Source: a virus (Duplodnaviria; Caudoviricetes). From it: a stretch of 31,500 nucleotides of DNA. The stretch is taken from IMG/VR virus record IMGVR_UViG_3300032320_002325, positions 1 through 31,500 of that record. The stretch is one strand, 5' to 3'. The translations under genes were made by a program, and so were the position numbers. Under the pieces are notes generated by a model, which saw only the letters and a program-made list of their open reading frames with translations, was not told the DNA's origin and did no database searches. Positions 1-7,987 of the stretch are shown in pieces; position 1 is the stretch's first letter; every line of letters starts with the position of its first letter.

Positions 1-84
1 AGACGAGTATTGGAATCAGCAGATTATTACAACGGCCATATACAAGTACGTGTACATGGTTCGCACATTAAAGATAAAATTTAA
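1..84 (+). CDS. 3' end of a probable GIY-YIG/SegE-like endonuclease-family phage protein (partial)
   Basis: Frame 1 reads RRVLESADYYNGHIQVRVHGSHIKDKI* (TAA at 82-84). The VLExxxYYN ending resembles the C-terminus of small GIY-YIG-like proteins of T4-like phages. The catalytic N-terminus lies outside the window. Confidence 0.55.
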   Translation, partial: RRVLESADYYNGHIQVRVHGSHIKDKI

Positions 85-89
85 TTACG

Positions 90-472
90 ACTCTGTGTTG
101 GATGCATGATCCAACCCCATTGAGCAACGGTGCAATACCCGGTGCAGACTTGGGTGTCAAAGGCAACTGTTAACTTAAGGCAGCAAATGGTTGGGGCAAT
201 GAGAAAAAGCAACCCCTGCTTATAGGACTTGGATCTATTTCGGGTTACTAGGGTTCCGTTGATATGTGAAGCTTGAGTAGGGGGTACCGGTCAACCGCCT
301 CCGTGTTGGAAACAACAATCTCATTAAAATAGATGACTGCGGTCACTCAGATGATGCATTCAATTCACCGTGCATACGGTGAATTATGACCACAGTATCT
401 AGATGATACTAATTCAAAGAAACAGTTAGTTGTTGAGCGATAGCGAAAACAACAGACTTGCGCAGCAAGTCT
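90..472 (+). ncRNA. Candidate large structured non-coding RNA (alternatively a structured origin)
   Basis: ORF-free gap in a gene-dense genome. Stems: 97-103/109-115; 304-308/313-317 with GAAA loop; 362-371/376-385 (10 bp); 336-345/387-396 (9 of 10); 454-461/465-472. Crossing long-range pairings: 198-204/319-325 and 233-240/327-334. Confidence 0.55.
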
Positions 473-817
473 TTAATCATCTAAGTTAGTATCTGGCCAA
501 TCTCTAAACAATGCATGTTGTATTGTACCTGAAACAAACTGATTGAATGACTTGTGTTTCTCTTCGAGTTCGCCTTTGAGTGGTGCTACTCGACGGAATG
601 CACTATCCATTTGTCCCATATCCTTGAACTCCATAAGGATCATCCATTCTGGCATGTCTGCAATTGAACGAAAGCCCATTTTGCAACGTGTGATTCTGTA
701 TGATTCCATCTTACCTTCTGAAATCAAATGATCAAAGAAACTTTTCATTCCGTTGACCCAGTCAAGGTCTGATATATCGCCTTCTTTGTCTGCCCAAATT
801 GTATATAAGTCTGCCAT
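473..817 (-). CDS. Hypothetical protein, dimeric alpha/beta-barrel (DUF6614-like)
   Basis: 114-aa ORF with GGAG SD. The pattern YRITRCKMGF...MEFKDMGQMDSAF...LFRDWPD resembles DUF6614/Dabb-type proteins from memory. Confidence 0.55.
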   Translation of the reverse strand: MADLYTIWADKEGDISDLDWVNGMKSFFDHLISEGKMESYRITRCKMGFRSIADMPEWMILMEFKDMGQMDSAFRRVAPLKGELEEKHKSFNQFVSGTIQHALFRDWPDTNLDD

Positions 818-819
818 GT

Positions 820-1254
820 TTACTCCAGTGGTCCTAGTATTTCAAATCCATCCATATCGGATTTGTATAAGTGTGCTTGCTCAAGATACAGGTATCGGAA
901 ACCGCGTTCCTTGTAGATAGCACACTCTGTTTTCATTGTTTCTATGCCCAAGCGTAGCTTTGGGTTGTTGTAGTTCCATGCAAATTGATCGCACAGTGCA
1001 TTGTGATCATCGTAGCGTTTGATTAAACTGAATGCAACCAGCCGATCTTGATCATAGTAACCAATAACATCGGTCATTGGATCTGTGTATCGACTGTCAA
1101 ATATAGGCATCACACTTGCAAAATGTTTGTATTTGCAGTAGTCTCTGTAGATTGTGTTTAGTTGTTTGATGTTGGGCTCAAACAAGTACTCCCACTTTAC
1201 CGTTGGTGCATAGTTGGTCTGACTGAGATCAATTCGTGCAAACTGATAGCTCAT
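820..1254 (-). CDS. Aminoacyl-tRNA--protein transferase-like GNAT protein (ATE1/Bpt C-terminal domain only)
   Basis: GYYDQDRLVAFS...FAWNYNNPKLRLG...KERGFRYLYL...YKS..GFEIL parallels the ATE_C pattern (Y..g.LvAv...Y.F.DP..sLG...G..YlYLG...YK..f.p.E.L). ATGA overlap with the upstream gene. Confidence 0.6.
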   Translation of the reverse strand: MSYQFARIDLSQTNYAPTVKWEYLFEPNIKQLNTIYRDYCKYKHFASVMPIFDSRYTDPMTDVIGYYDQDRLVAFSLIKRYDDHNALCDQFAWNYNNPKLRLGIETMKTECAIYKERGFRYLYLEQAHLYKSDMDGFEILGPLE

Positions 1255-1751
1255 CGTGGATCCTTGCGATGTTCAAACAGTCCCACAAGATATTCTTCTG
1301 GCCAATTGTGATAAAATCCCTTCTCAGCCATTGTTCTAGCTCGGGAATCAAGATCGCTTAGACTTTGAACAAGAGCCAGTGCGTATGTTCCTTGATTCAT
1401 GCACACGCCGTTGACCATTTCAACGTCTGTGGGGTGATCCTCTAGTGCAAGAAGATCCTTGCGCAGTAAAAATTCTTTGTTGGCAATTTTTAAACTGTCA
1501 CTGAACAACTCATACGGCCACTCCGCAGGATCATACGCATAGATTATCACTTCGCGGTCGCCCATGCCCCATCGAGCTTGATTTTTCAAATCAAAATAAG
1601 GATGCACACCCACTCGCACATCATATGTTTTTTTCATGCGTGCTGCTCGTGCGTATGGACAAGGCGCCCAGCCGCCTAGGGCTGGATGTGGAACTTCCAC
1701 AAAGTTCACAATCCAGTTTTCTATGTCTTGTTTGACTGTTTCCAATTCCAT
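1251..1751 (-). CDS. Hypothetical protein, DUF1415-like (CP[FY]A motif)
   Basis: 166 aa. N-terminal W...V......CPYA motif and later EDHP motif. TAATG overlap with the upstream ORF. Confidence 0.55.
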   Translation of the reverse strand: MELETVKQDIENWIVNFVEVPHPALGGWAPCPYARAARMKKTYDVRVGVHPYFDLKNQARWGMGDREVIIYAYDPAEWPYELFSDSLKIANKEFLLRKDLLALEDHPTDVEMVNGVCMNQGTYALALVQSLSDLDSRARTMAEKGFYHNWPEEYLVGLFEHRKDPR

Positions 1752-1939
1752 TAGAAGAAAGGCAAGTTGGTTTTTTTGGTAGTTTCGATATTTTCTTTAG
1801 CCAGCTCGGCAATCATTCGTCGTTCGTTGTTGCTGAGCTGTAACACTTGTTCGTAAGTTATACCGCCACGCATGTGCCAAGCCAATTTGAATCCTTCTTC
1901 TCGAATTGAATTGGCCTCCTTTTCCATGCTGTCAATCAT
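1751..1939 (-). CDS. Small baseplate hub / tail assembly chaperone (gp51-like); possibly made as a -1 frameshift extension of gp26
   Basis: First ATG is at 1939 (62 aa; LAWHMRGGITYEQVLQLSNNER) and has no SD. The frame stays open upstream through the end of gp26. Its position after gp26 matches T4-like gp51. Confidence 0.6.
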   Translation of the reverse strand: MIDSMEKEANSIREEGFKLAWHMRGGITYEQVLQLSNNERRMIAELAKENIETTKKTNLPFF

Positions 1940-1965
1940 GTCATTGATTTGTTCTGCGCTTGCGG

Positions 1966-2808
1966 TTAGGAGGCGGCGCCGAAAAAATTTGCTGTATCCA
2001 AAGTAAAGTTTTGTTCGTATTCGTGTTCGCAATTGGAACATTTCATTTTTATTGGTTTGAATTCGTCATAGGTACGAATTTTGATTGCATGATCTCTAAT
2101 CTCACCGTACAGTGTACGATCACAATTCATGAGAAAGTCTTCTATAAATTCTGGTTCAGACACCAGAGCTTGCGGTGTTTTGATTCCAACAATGCTACTT
2201 CTAATGGCTTTTACAGTGATCTTGGTAATGGCCTGAATGGCATCGTTTAACATTTTGGTTTTTTGTTCTTCAGTCAAATCCGAAGTTGGCAACTGTGCCA
2301 ACACACGTTGTTGTTCAAATTGCAATAGGTTAATTTCAGTTTGTGTTTCGTACCCAACAGACTGGAAATAAATTTCAAGATCACCATGCTTGATAGATTG
2401 TGAAAAGTCTGGTGTGTCTAAGGTATCCAAGAGATTTTTTAGATCCAGTTCAAAATTATTTTCTGTAGAACATTTTTCACAAGTTGTATCAACTTCCATC
2501 ATTGGACCATAGCTGGCAATACGGATAGCAGTGAGTATGGTGTTGAGGTCGCAGTTGGGCATGTGCCAGGCATTTTTAATGTTGGGTATGCAACTTTGCA
2601 CCACATTCACAATAGCTGCCCCGTTGAACAATGCATCAGGAGTTCGATAGGTGATTTCGTCCATGGAAGTCATGGGCAATATTGGCAGTTCTCGATTGAT
2701 TGGCATGTCCAGACTTCCAGGAGGCCAAAATTGTCCATCACTGGGCAAGCGAATGTAAATGGCAGGTTGACGAAAAAACGCTCTTAGCGGGTTCAAAGAT
2801 TGGGTCAT
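1966..2808 (-). CDS. gp26: Baseplate hub assembly protein, T4 gp26-like
   Basis: NPL..FFRQP.IYIRLPS.G start, PMT..DEI, AIRIASYG, two CxxC pairs (CEKC, CSNC) and an NFF end. ATG at 2808 preferred (AGGT SD, late promoter upstream). Confidence 0.75.
   Translation of the reverse strand: MTQSLNPLRAFFRQPAIYIRLPSDGQFWPPGSLDMPINRELPILPMTSMDEITYRTPDALFNGAAIVNVVQSCIPNIKNAWHMPNCDLNTILTAIRIASYGPMMEVDTTCEKCSTENNFELDLKNLLDTLDTPDFSQSIKHGDLEIYFQSVGYETQTEINLLQFEQQRVLAQLPTSDLTEEQKTKMLNDAIQAITKITVKAIRSSIVGIKTPQALVSEPEFIEDFLMNCDRTLYGEIRDHAIKIRTYDEFKPIKMKCSNCEHEYEQNFTLDTANFFGAAS
1981..1990 (-). other. Candidate -1 programmed frameshift slippery site (A AAT TTT TTC)
   Basis: Two overlapping, correctly phased X XXY YYZ heptamers just before the gp26 stop. 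The -1 frame is the open frame that runs to 1751. Confidence 0.6.
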
Positions 2809-2812
2809 TTTA

Positions 2813-2844
2813 TTACCTATAAATATACTTCTACTTATAGGTAA
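2813..2844. promoter_or_regulatory. Symmetric pair of T4-type late promoters serving divergent genes
   Basis: TATAAATA on + (2818-2825) and TATAAGTA on - (2832-2839), within the 10-bp inverted repeat TTACCTATAA/TTATAGGTAA. Confidence 0.7.
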
Positions 2845-2850
2845 CAAACC

Positions 2851-5800
2851 ATGACCGAAGAAGAATTAAGACGACTCACTGATGCCACTCGTGAACTAAC
2901 TGAATTCACAAGATTTCAATCTGAAGCTGCTGCTGCTGCGTCTGCCGAAACCAAAAGACTTGCACAAGAAGAAAAAGCGGCTAGCGAATCTGCCTCTCGG
3001 TTTAAAGCCAAAATGGACGCTGCATCTGGTGCGGCTGGATCTGTAGCCGATGCGTTTGTTACTTACAATAAAGAAGTTTATAAAGGAGCCAGTGCCAGTC
3101 AGGCCGCCGCTGCCAGTATAGAAAAAATGGGCGAAGCTGCCAAGTATGCAGGTGCGTTTCTAGCTATTCTAGTGCCTGGCGGCCCACTGGTTAAAGGACT
3201 GGTTGCTGGCCTAGGATTGCTAACTGCCAAACTGCTGGAAGCTGGCGCTGAAGTAGCAAGACATACCGATCAAGTTTACAAAGCCTACCAGGAAATGGCC
3301 CAAATTGGTGCCACGGGTGCAGGCGGCATGCAGGATGTGTTTGATGGCTTGCAAAAAGTTGGCTTAGGTACAGAAAAATTTGGTGAGTATCTCAAACTTG
3401 TAAATGCCAATTCAAAAGATCTAGCATTGTTTGGAGGCTCAGTTCTTAAAGGTCGCAAGGCCTTTGAGGACACCATGGGATCGTTGACCAGAGAACAGCG
3501 TGAGCAGATGGAACTGATGGGCCTGGATAGAACCGCTCAATCAGAAGCTGTAATGGGTTATATCAAGCAACAACGCTTGTTGACCATGGGTACCAAAACA
3601 CAGATGGATACCAGCAGTACTGCTGTGATGAAGTACATCAAAGAAACTGATGAACTCACACGCATAACTGGTCTCAACCGTCAAGAACAACAAAAAGCTC
3701 TAGACGAAGCTATGAGTCGCGAGCAGTTTGCAGCTTCTATTGCAAAGATACAGCGTGAACAAGGCAGTGAAGCAGCAGAAGCAGCCAAGAATACTCACGC
3801 TATGTTGTATGCAATTGATCCCAAAGCCGGCCGTCAATTTGCAGACAGTATATCAGGATTTATTGGCAGCAGTGAAGATGCCCAACAAGGCTTTATGGCC
3901 ACTGGTGGCAAAATCACAGAAATAGGCAACCGGTTCATGACCGGTCAAATTAAAAATCAACAGGCTGCTGTGGCTGCTGCTCAAGAATTGGCTGTGGCTT
4001 ATGGAGAAACAGCAGAACAGTTTGAAGGTCAGGCCTTGATGGGCAATTTAGGGTCCATGGTAGGCAGCGTTCAGATGCTTTACAAAATGCAACAAGCTGC
4101 CAGCAATGATCTCAATGCAAACTACGAGAAAGCAGTCAAGGATGCAGAAAAGCGTGCAAAAACAACTGAGGACATGGCCAAAGCTGAAAACTCTGCTAGA
4201 GAAACTCAGTTGTTTTTACAGCAACAGTTGAACAAAGGAATGGATGCATTTGTCACAGGTTTAGGCAAAGGTCAAACTGCCAATCAACAAATGATAGACT
4301 CCATCATGAATGATATTTTGCCAGTGTTTAAAGATCTATTTGATGCATTGAAACCATTGGGCATTGAGCTATTGAAGTTAGCAAAAGAACTTGCACCATT
4401 CTTAACAACTGCTATGAACGGATTGATCAAAGCTGTTCAACTTTTAACAAAACTAATAAATGTATTCAACAATGCAGAAGAAGAAACTAACTTACAATCA
4501 GGTGAACTAAAGGACGGAGCCATAGTAGGCGGAGCATCTGGCATAGGCGATGCCGCAGCCATAATGGAGGCTGCTGAATCTGGAGTAACTGCTCCTGAGT
4601 CTAACGTAGCAGAAACCACGTCAAAATTGTATGATTGGACCAAGTCCTCAATTTCAAAACTTATTGAATTTTCATTTACCCCAGGCGGTAGAAGAGAACA
4701 ATCTCAAGGACTACCAGCAACAGAAATACCAGCTAATCAACGACGTGCAGCAGGTGGTCCAGTTTCAGCCAAAACACCATACCTAGTGGGAGAAGAAGGT
4801 CCAGAATTGTTTGTGCCCAGCATTGCTGGTGATATTGTGCCCACTGGTCAACTGCAAGGTACCACCGGTGCTGCATTGAAACAAAGTGATGCAATTGAAA
4901 AAATTATTGATCAAATTGTTTTGGATATCAAGTCAAGACAAAAAATGTCAGACATTGATGCTGACCGCGCAAAAGATCACAGTGCTGAACTAAAAACTCA
5001 AACTGAAAAAATTAACAAGTCCATGAACGATATTGTTATTAGCAGTAGAGAATTAGACAACATTAGCAAAATAGATCTCAAACGTGCCCAAGACTACAGT
5101 ATTTTTTACAAAGGATTTGTTGAGACCAAAACCAAGTTTGAAAAAGATCAACTGGAAGCAATAAACTATCAACTTACCGAAGGATCCAGTGGTGGCCAAC
5201 AAAGTGGCGGCGGTGGAAGCGGGCTGAAATTGCCCAGCATGCCCGGCATTGCTGGCATGGGTGGTGGCCAAGGACTGCAAACCACCAAGCAAGATGACTT
5301 GTCTAAGATGGGATTGAATATCAAAACTGGCGATGTGCAAGCAGAAGGTGCAGGCATTAGTCCTAGATTGATTGAACTGGCTCGTCAGATACAAGGGGGT
5401 GTGCCGGGATTTGGTTATTTTAGCGCATTCAACGACAAGTTCCATCAAGAGAAAGCACCCGGTAGTCAGCATGCTAAAGGCCTAGCACTAGACTTTACTG
5501 TTGCACAACCACCTAGCATTGAAGAAGGCAAAGCTATCACTGATTGGCTCAAAGGCCTAGGTGCCAGTTTGGCCATTGACGAATACAACAACCCCAGTTC
5601 AAAATCCACAGCAGGGCATTTCCATGCACAAATTCCCGGCTTTGAAGAAGGCGGAATGTTGGGTGCAGGCAAAGTAGGCATTGCAGGCGAGGGCGGCAAA
5701 CCAGAATTGATATCTGGACCAGCTAGTATTACACCAATGAATGACTTGATGGGAGCGTTAAACAGTCTCAATGCTACTATGGAACGAAGCCATACCATAT

Positions 5801-5874
5801 TGTCTGAAATTGCCAGAGTTAGCAAGGCCACTAGTGACTCTAGTGCTAAGATGCTGTCGTATGCACAGAACTAA
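2851..5874 (+). CDS. Tape-measure-like / baseplate hub tail protein with C-terminal M15-type peptidase domain
   Basis: 1007 aa, Ala/Gln/Glu-rich and helical. RAAGGPV...VGEEGPELFVP tape-measure motif. SQHAKGLALD and HFH Zn-peptidase motifs. Confidence 0.75.
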   Translation: MTEEELRRLTDATRELTEFTRFQSEAAAAASAETKRLAQEEKAASESASRFKAKMDAASGAAGSVADAFVTYNKEVYKGASASQAAAASIEKMGEAAKYAGAFLAILVPGGPLVKGLVAGLGLLTAKLLEAGAEVARHTDQVYKAYQEMAQIGATGAGGMQDVFDGLQKVGLGTEKFGEYLKLVNANSKDLALFGGSVLKGRKAFEDTMGSLTREQREQMELMGLDRTAQSEAVMGYIKQQRLLTMGTKTQMDTSSTAVMKYIKETDELTRITGLNRQEQQKALDEAMSREQFAASIAKIQREQGSEAAEAAKNTHAMLYAIDPKAGRQFADSISGFIGSSEDAQQGFMATGGKITEIGNRFMTGQIKNQQAAVAAAQELAVAYGETAEQFEGQALMGNLGSMVGSVQMLYKMQQAASNDLNANYEKAVKDAEKRAKTTEDMAKAENSARETQLFLQQQLNKGMDAFVTGLGKGQTANQQMIDSIMNDILPVFKDLFDALKPLGIELLKLAKELAPFLTTAMNGLIKAVQLLTKLINVFNNAEEETNLQSGELKDGAIVGGASGIGDAAAIMEAAESGVTAPESNVAETTSKLYDWTKSSISKLIEFSFTPGGRREQSQGLPATEIPANQRRAAGGPVSAKTPYLVGEEGPELFVPSIAGDIVPTGQLQGTTGAALKQSDAIEKIIDQIVLDIKSRQKMSDIDADRAKDHSAELKTQTEKINKSMNDIVISSRELDNISKIDLKRAQDYSIFYKGFVETKTKFEKDQLEAINYQLTEGSSGGQQSGGGGSGLKLPSMPGIAGMGGGQGLQTTKQDDLSKMGLNIKTGDVQAEGAGISPRLIELARQIQGGVPGFGYFSAFNDKFHQEKAPGSQHAKGLALDFTVAQPPSIEEGKAITDWLKGLGASLAIDEYNNPSSKSTAGHFHAQIPGFEEGGMLGAGKVGIAGEGGKPELISGPASITPMNDLMGALNSLNATMERSHTILSEIARVSKATSDSSAKMLSYAQN

Positions 5875-5877
5875 CGG

Positions 5878-5883
5878 TAAATA
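5878..5883 (+). promoter_or_regulatory. Late promoter core TAAATA (portal gene, likely leaderless)
   Basis: Motif lies 7 nt before the ATG at 5891; no SD. Confidence 0.55.
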
Positions 5884-5890
5884 AACAACC

Positions 5891-7660
5891 ATGGCAGAAC
5901 AAAACAAACCCGGCTGGAAAAAATATTTCAAAGTAGCAGATACGTCTGGAGTGATGAGTCCAATTTCAGGTACCAACCAGTTTGGATTTCCTGGATATGG
6001 CAAGAACGACGGCGGAGTTGGTAACACTAACGAATTTGGATTTCGCAACTACGCCAGCAGATTGCCTGAAGTTTACTCTGGCCACCCCAACAGAATTGAG
6101 CGTTACAACCAATATGAGAACATGGACATGGACTCAGAAATCAATGCCTGTTTGGACATTATTGCAGAGTTCTCCACACAGCTAAACGAACAAAACGGCA
6201 CACCATTTGAAATTGACTATCAAGACAAGCCCACTGACCACGAAATTGAAATCATCCGCAAGCAGATGAAACAGTGGGTCAAGCTCAACAAGCTGGACCA
6301 GCGCATATTCAAACTGTTCCGTAACACCATCAAGTACGGCGATCAAATTTTTGTGCGTGATCCAGAAACATTTGAAATGATGTGGGTGGATATGAGCAAA
6401 TTAGCCCGTGTTATTGTGAACGAGTCAGAAGGCAAGCGTCCTGAACAATATGTGATTCGTGACATCAACCCCAACTTTCAAAACATGACTGTGGCAGCAA
6501 AAACCACCACAGACTACATGACCAATCCAGTTACAGGATCAATTTCTGGCAGCTCTAACTATACCATGCCCAACGGCGGCACAGGCGGCGGTGTAGGCAA
6601 CAGCCGTTTCATGACAGCCATGAATGAAGTTTGTCTAGACGCCAAGCACGTGGTGCATATGAGTCTAAACGAAGGTTTAGACACATTTTGGCCGTTTGGC
6701 AAAAGCATCTTGGAAAACATCTACATGGTGTTCAAACAAAAGCAATTGCTAGAAGACTCAATCTTAATCTATCGTGTGCAACGTGCTCCAGAGCGTAGAA
6801 TCTTCAAGATTGACGTGGGCAACATGCCATCACACCTGGCCATGCAGTTTGTGGAACGTGTGAAAAACGAAATGCATCAGCGTAGAATTCCCACTGTAAC
6901 TGGTGGTGGAAACAACATGATGGACAGCAGTTATAACCCGTTATCAATCAACGAAGACTACTTCTTTCCACAAGGGCAAGACGGTCGTGGCTCATCAGTT
7001 GAAGTGCTGCCTGGCGGTCAGAACCTGGGTGAAATTGACGACTTAAAGTACTTTAACAACAAAATGGCCCGTGGTTTGCGTGTACCATCTAGCTATTTGC
7101 CTACCGGACCGGACGATTCAGACCGTGTGACCAGTGACGGAAAAGTAGGCACAGCCCTTATCCAAGAGTACAGATTCAACCAGTATTGTGAACGTTTACA
7201 GGCACTAATTGTACAGAAGTTAGACGATGAATTCAAGATGTTTTTGAAGTGGCGCGGGTTTAATATTGACTCTAGCTTGTTCAATATCAAGTTTAATGCA
7301 CCACAAAACTTTGCAAGTTATCGACAATCAGAGCTTGATAACACCAGAATAACGTCATTTACTGCACTAGAGCAGTTGCCTTACATGAGCAAGCGTTTTA
7401 TGTTAGAACGTTTCTTGGGCTTGACTGAAGACGAAATTCAGCAAAACGAAGAAATGTGGCGTGAAGAGCATGATGACGTTGATGCGCCCCCTGTAGCCGG
7501 AAGTGACTTGCGAGCTGTGGGTGTGACACCTAGCGGTATGGAAACTGACATTGCTACTGGTGAAGAAATGGCTGCTATGAATCAGCCAGGTGCAGAAGGT
7601 ATGGCAGGACCTGGCGCTGCTCCTCCAGCTGCTGGTCCCGGAGCACCTGGAACGTTATAA
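5891..7660 (+). CDS. gp20: Portal protein, T4 gp20-like
   Basis: QLLEDSILIYRVQRAPERRIFKIDVGNMP, EDYFFP, LPGGQNLGEIDDLKYF and LRVPSS motifs. Confidence 0.96.
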   Translation: MAEQNKPGWKKYFKVADTSGVMSPISGTNQFGFPGYGKNDGGVGNTNEFGFRNYASRLPEVYSGHPNRIERYNQYENMDMDSEINACLDIIAEFSTQLNEQNGTPFEIDYQDKPTDHEIEIIRKQMKQWVKLNKLDQRIFKLFRNTIKYGDQIFVRDPETFEMMWVDMSKLARVIVNESEGKRPEQYVIRDINPNFQNMTVAAKTTTDYMTNPVTGSISGSSNYTMPNGGTGGGVGNSRFMTAMNEVCLDAKHVVHMSLNEGLDTFWPFGKSILENIYMVFKQKQLLEDSILIYRVQRAPERRIFKIDVGNMPSHLAMQFVERVKNEMHQRRIPTVTGGGNNMMDSSYNPLSINEDYFFPQGQDGRGSSVEVLPGGQNLGEIDDLKYFNNKMARGLRVPSSYLPTGPDDSDRVTSDGKVGTALIQEYRFNQYCERLQALIVQKLDDEFKMFLKWRGFNIDSSLFNIKFNAPQNFASYRQSELDNTRITSFTALEQLPYMSKRFMLERFLGLTEDEIQQNEEMWREEHDDVDAPPVAGSDLRAVGVTPSGMETDIATGEEMAAMNQPGAEGMAGPGAAPPAAGPGAPGTL

Positions 7661-7663
7661 ATA
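7656..7663 (+). promoter_or_regulatory. T4-type late promoter TATAAATA
   Basis: Exact T4 late consensus overlapping the portal stop codon, 5 nt before the ATG at 7669. Confidence 0.7.
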
Positions 7664-7668
7664 ACAAC

Positions 7669-7887
7669 ATGCTGCTGACAGAAATCTACAATCAACAACC
7701 TCAAGCCTATCAGGATCTGAGTCAAGACAACAGTCAACTGCAACTCAGCGACTTGCGGATAACTCGCTTGACTTTGCGTCAGCTAAACAAACTGCGCAAG
7801 ATGAACGACATTCGTTCTGTAGAATTCAAAGACAAACTCAAACTGATACGTCGACAGTATCAACCTCCCCCACAACCCTTAGCCTAA
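7669..7887 (+). CDS. Small hypothetical head-module protein
   Basis: 72 aa between portal and protease; RxTRLTLxQLNKLRKMND core; has its own late promoter. Confidence 0.7.
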   Translation: MLLTEIYNQQPQAYQDLSQDNSQLQLSDLRITRLTLRQLNKLRKMNDIRSVEFKDKLKLIRRQYQPPPQPLA

Positions 7888-7940
7888 TCAGTCGGCAAGA
7901 AAAAACAGCCGTTTTGAGGGTTAATCACTATAGTTTTTGA

Positions 7941-7959
7941 CTGTTATATTAAATAACAG
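7941..7959 (+). promoter_or_regulatory. Late promoter core TAAATA within a short inverted repeat
   Basis: TAAATA at 7950-7955; CTGTTAT/ATAACAG arms; AGGAG SD at 7974-7978. Confidence 0.55.
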
Positions 7960-7987
7960 CACACTTTACCTATAGGAGTTTCCCAAT

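Noticed and set aside
90-472. tRNA, tmRNA, RNase P RNA, group I intron or hammerhead ribozyme
   Set aside because: No T-loop/CCA, no GAGGAAAGUCC, no recognisable P7 GACUA/UAGUC pair. CAGAUGA (348-354) deviates from CUGAUGA and lacks the matching GAAA. A covariance-model search is still needed.
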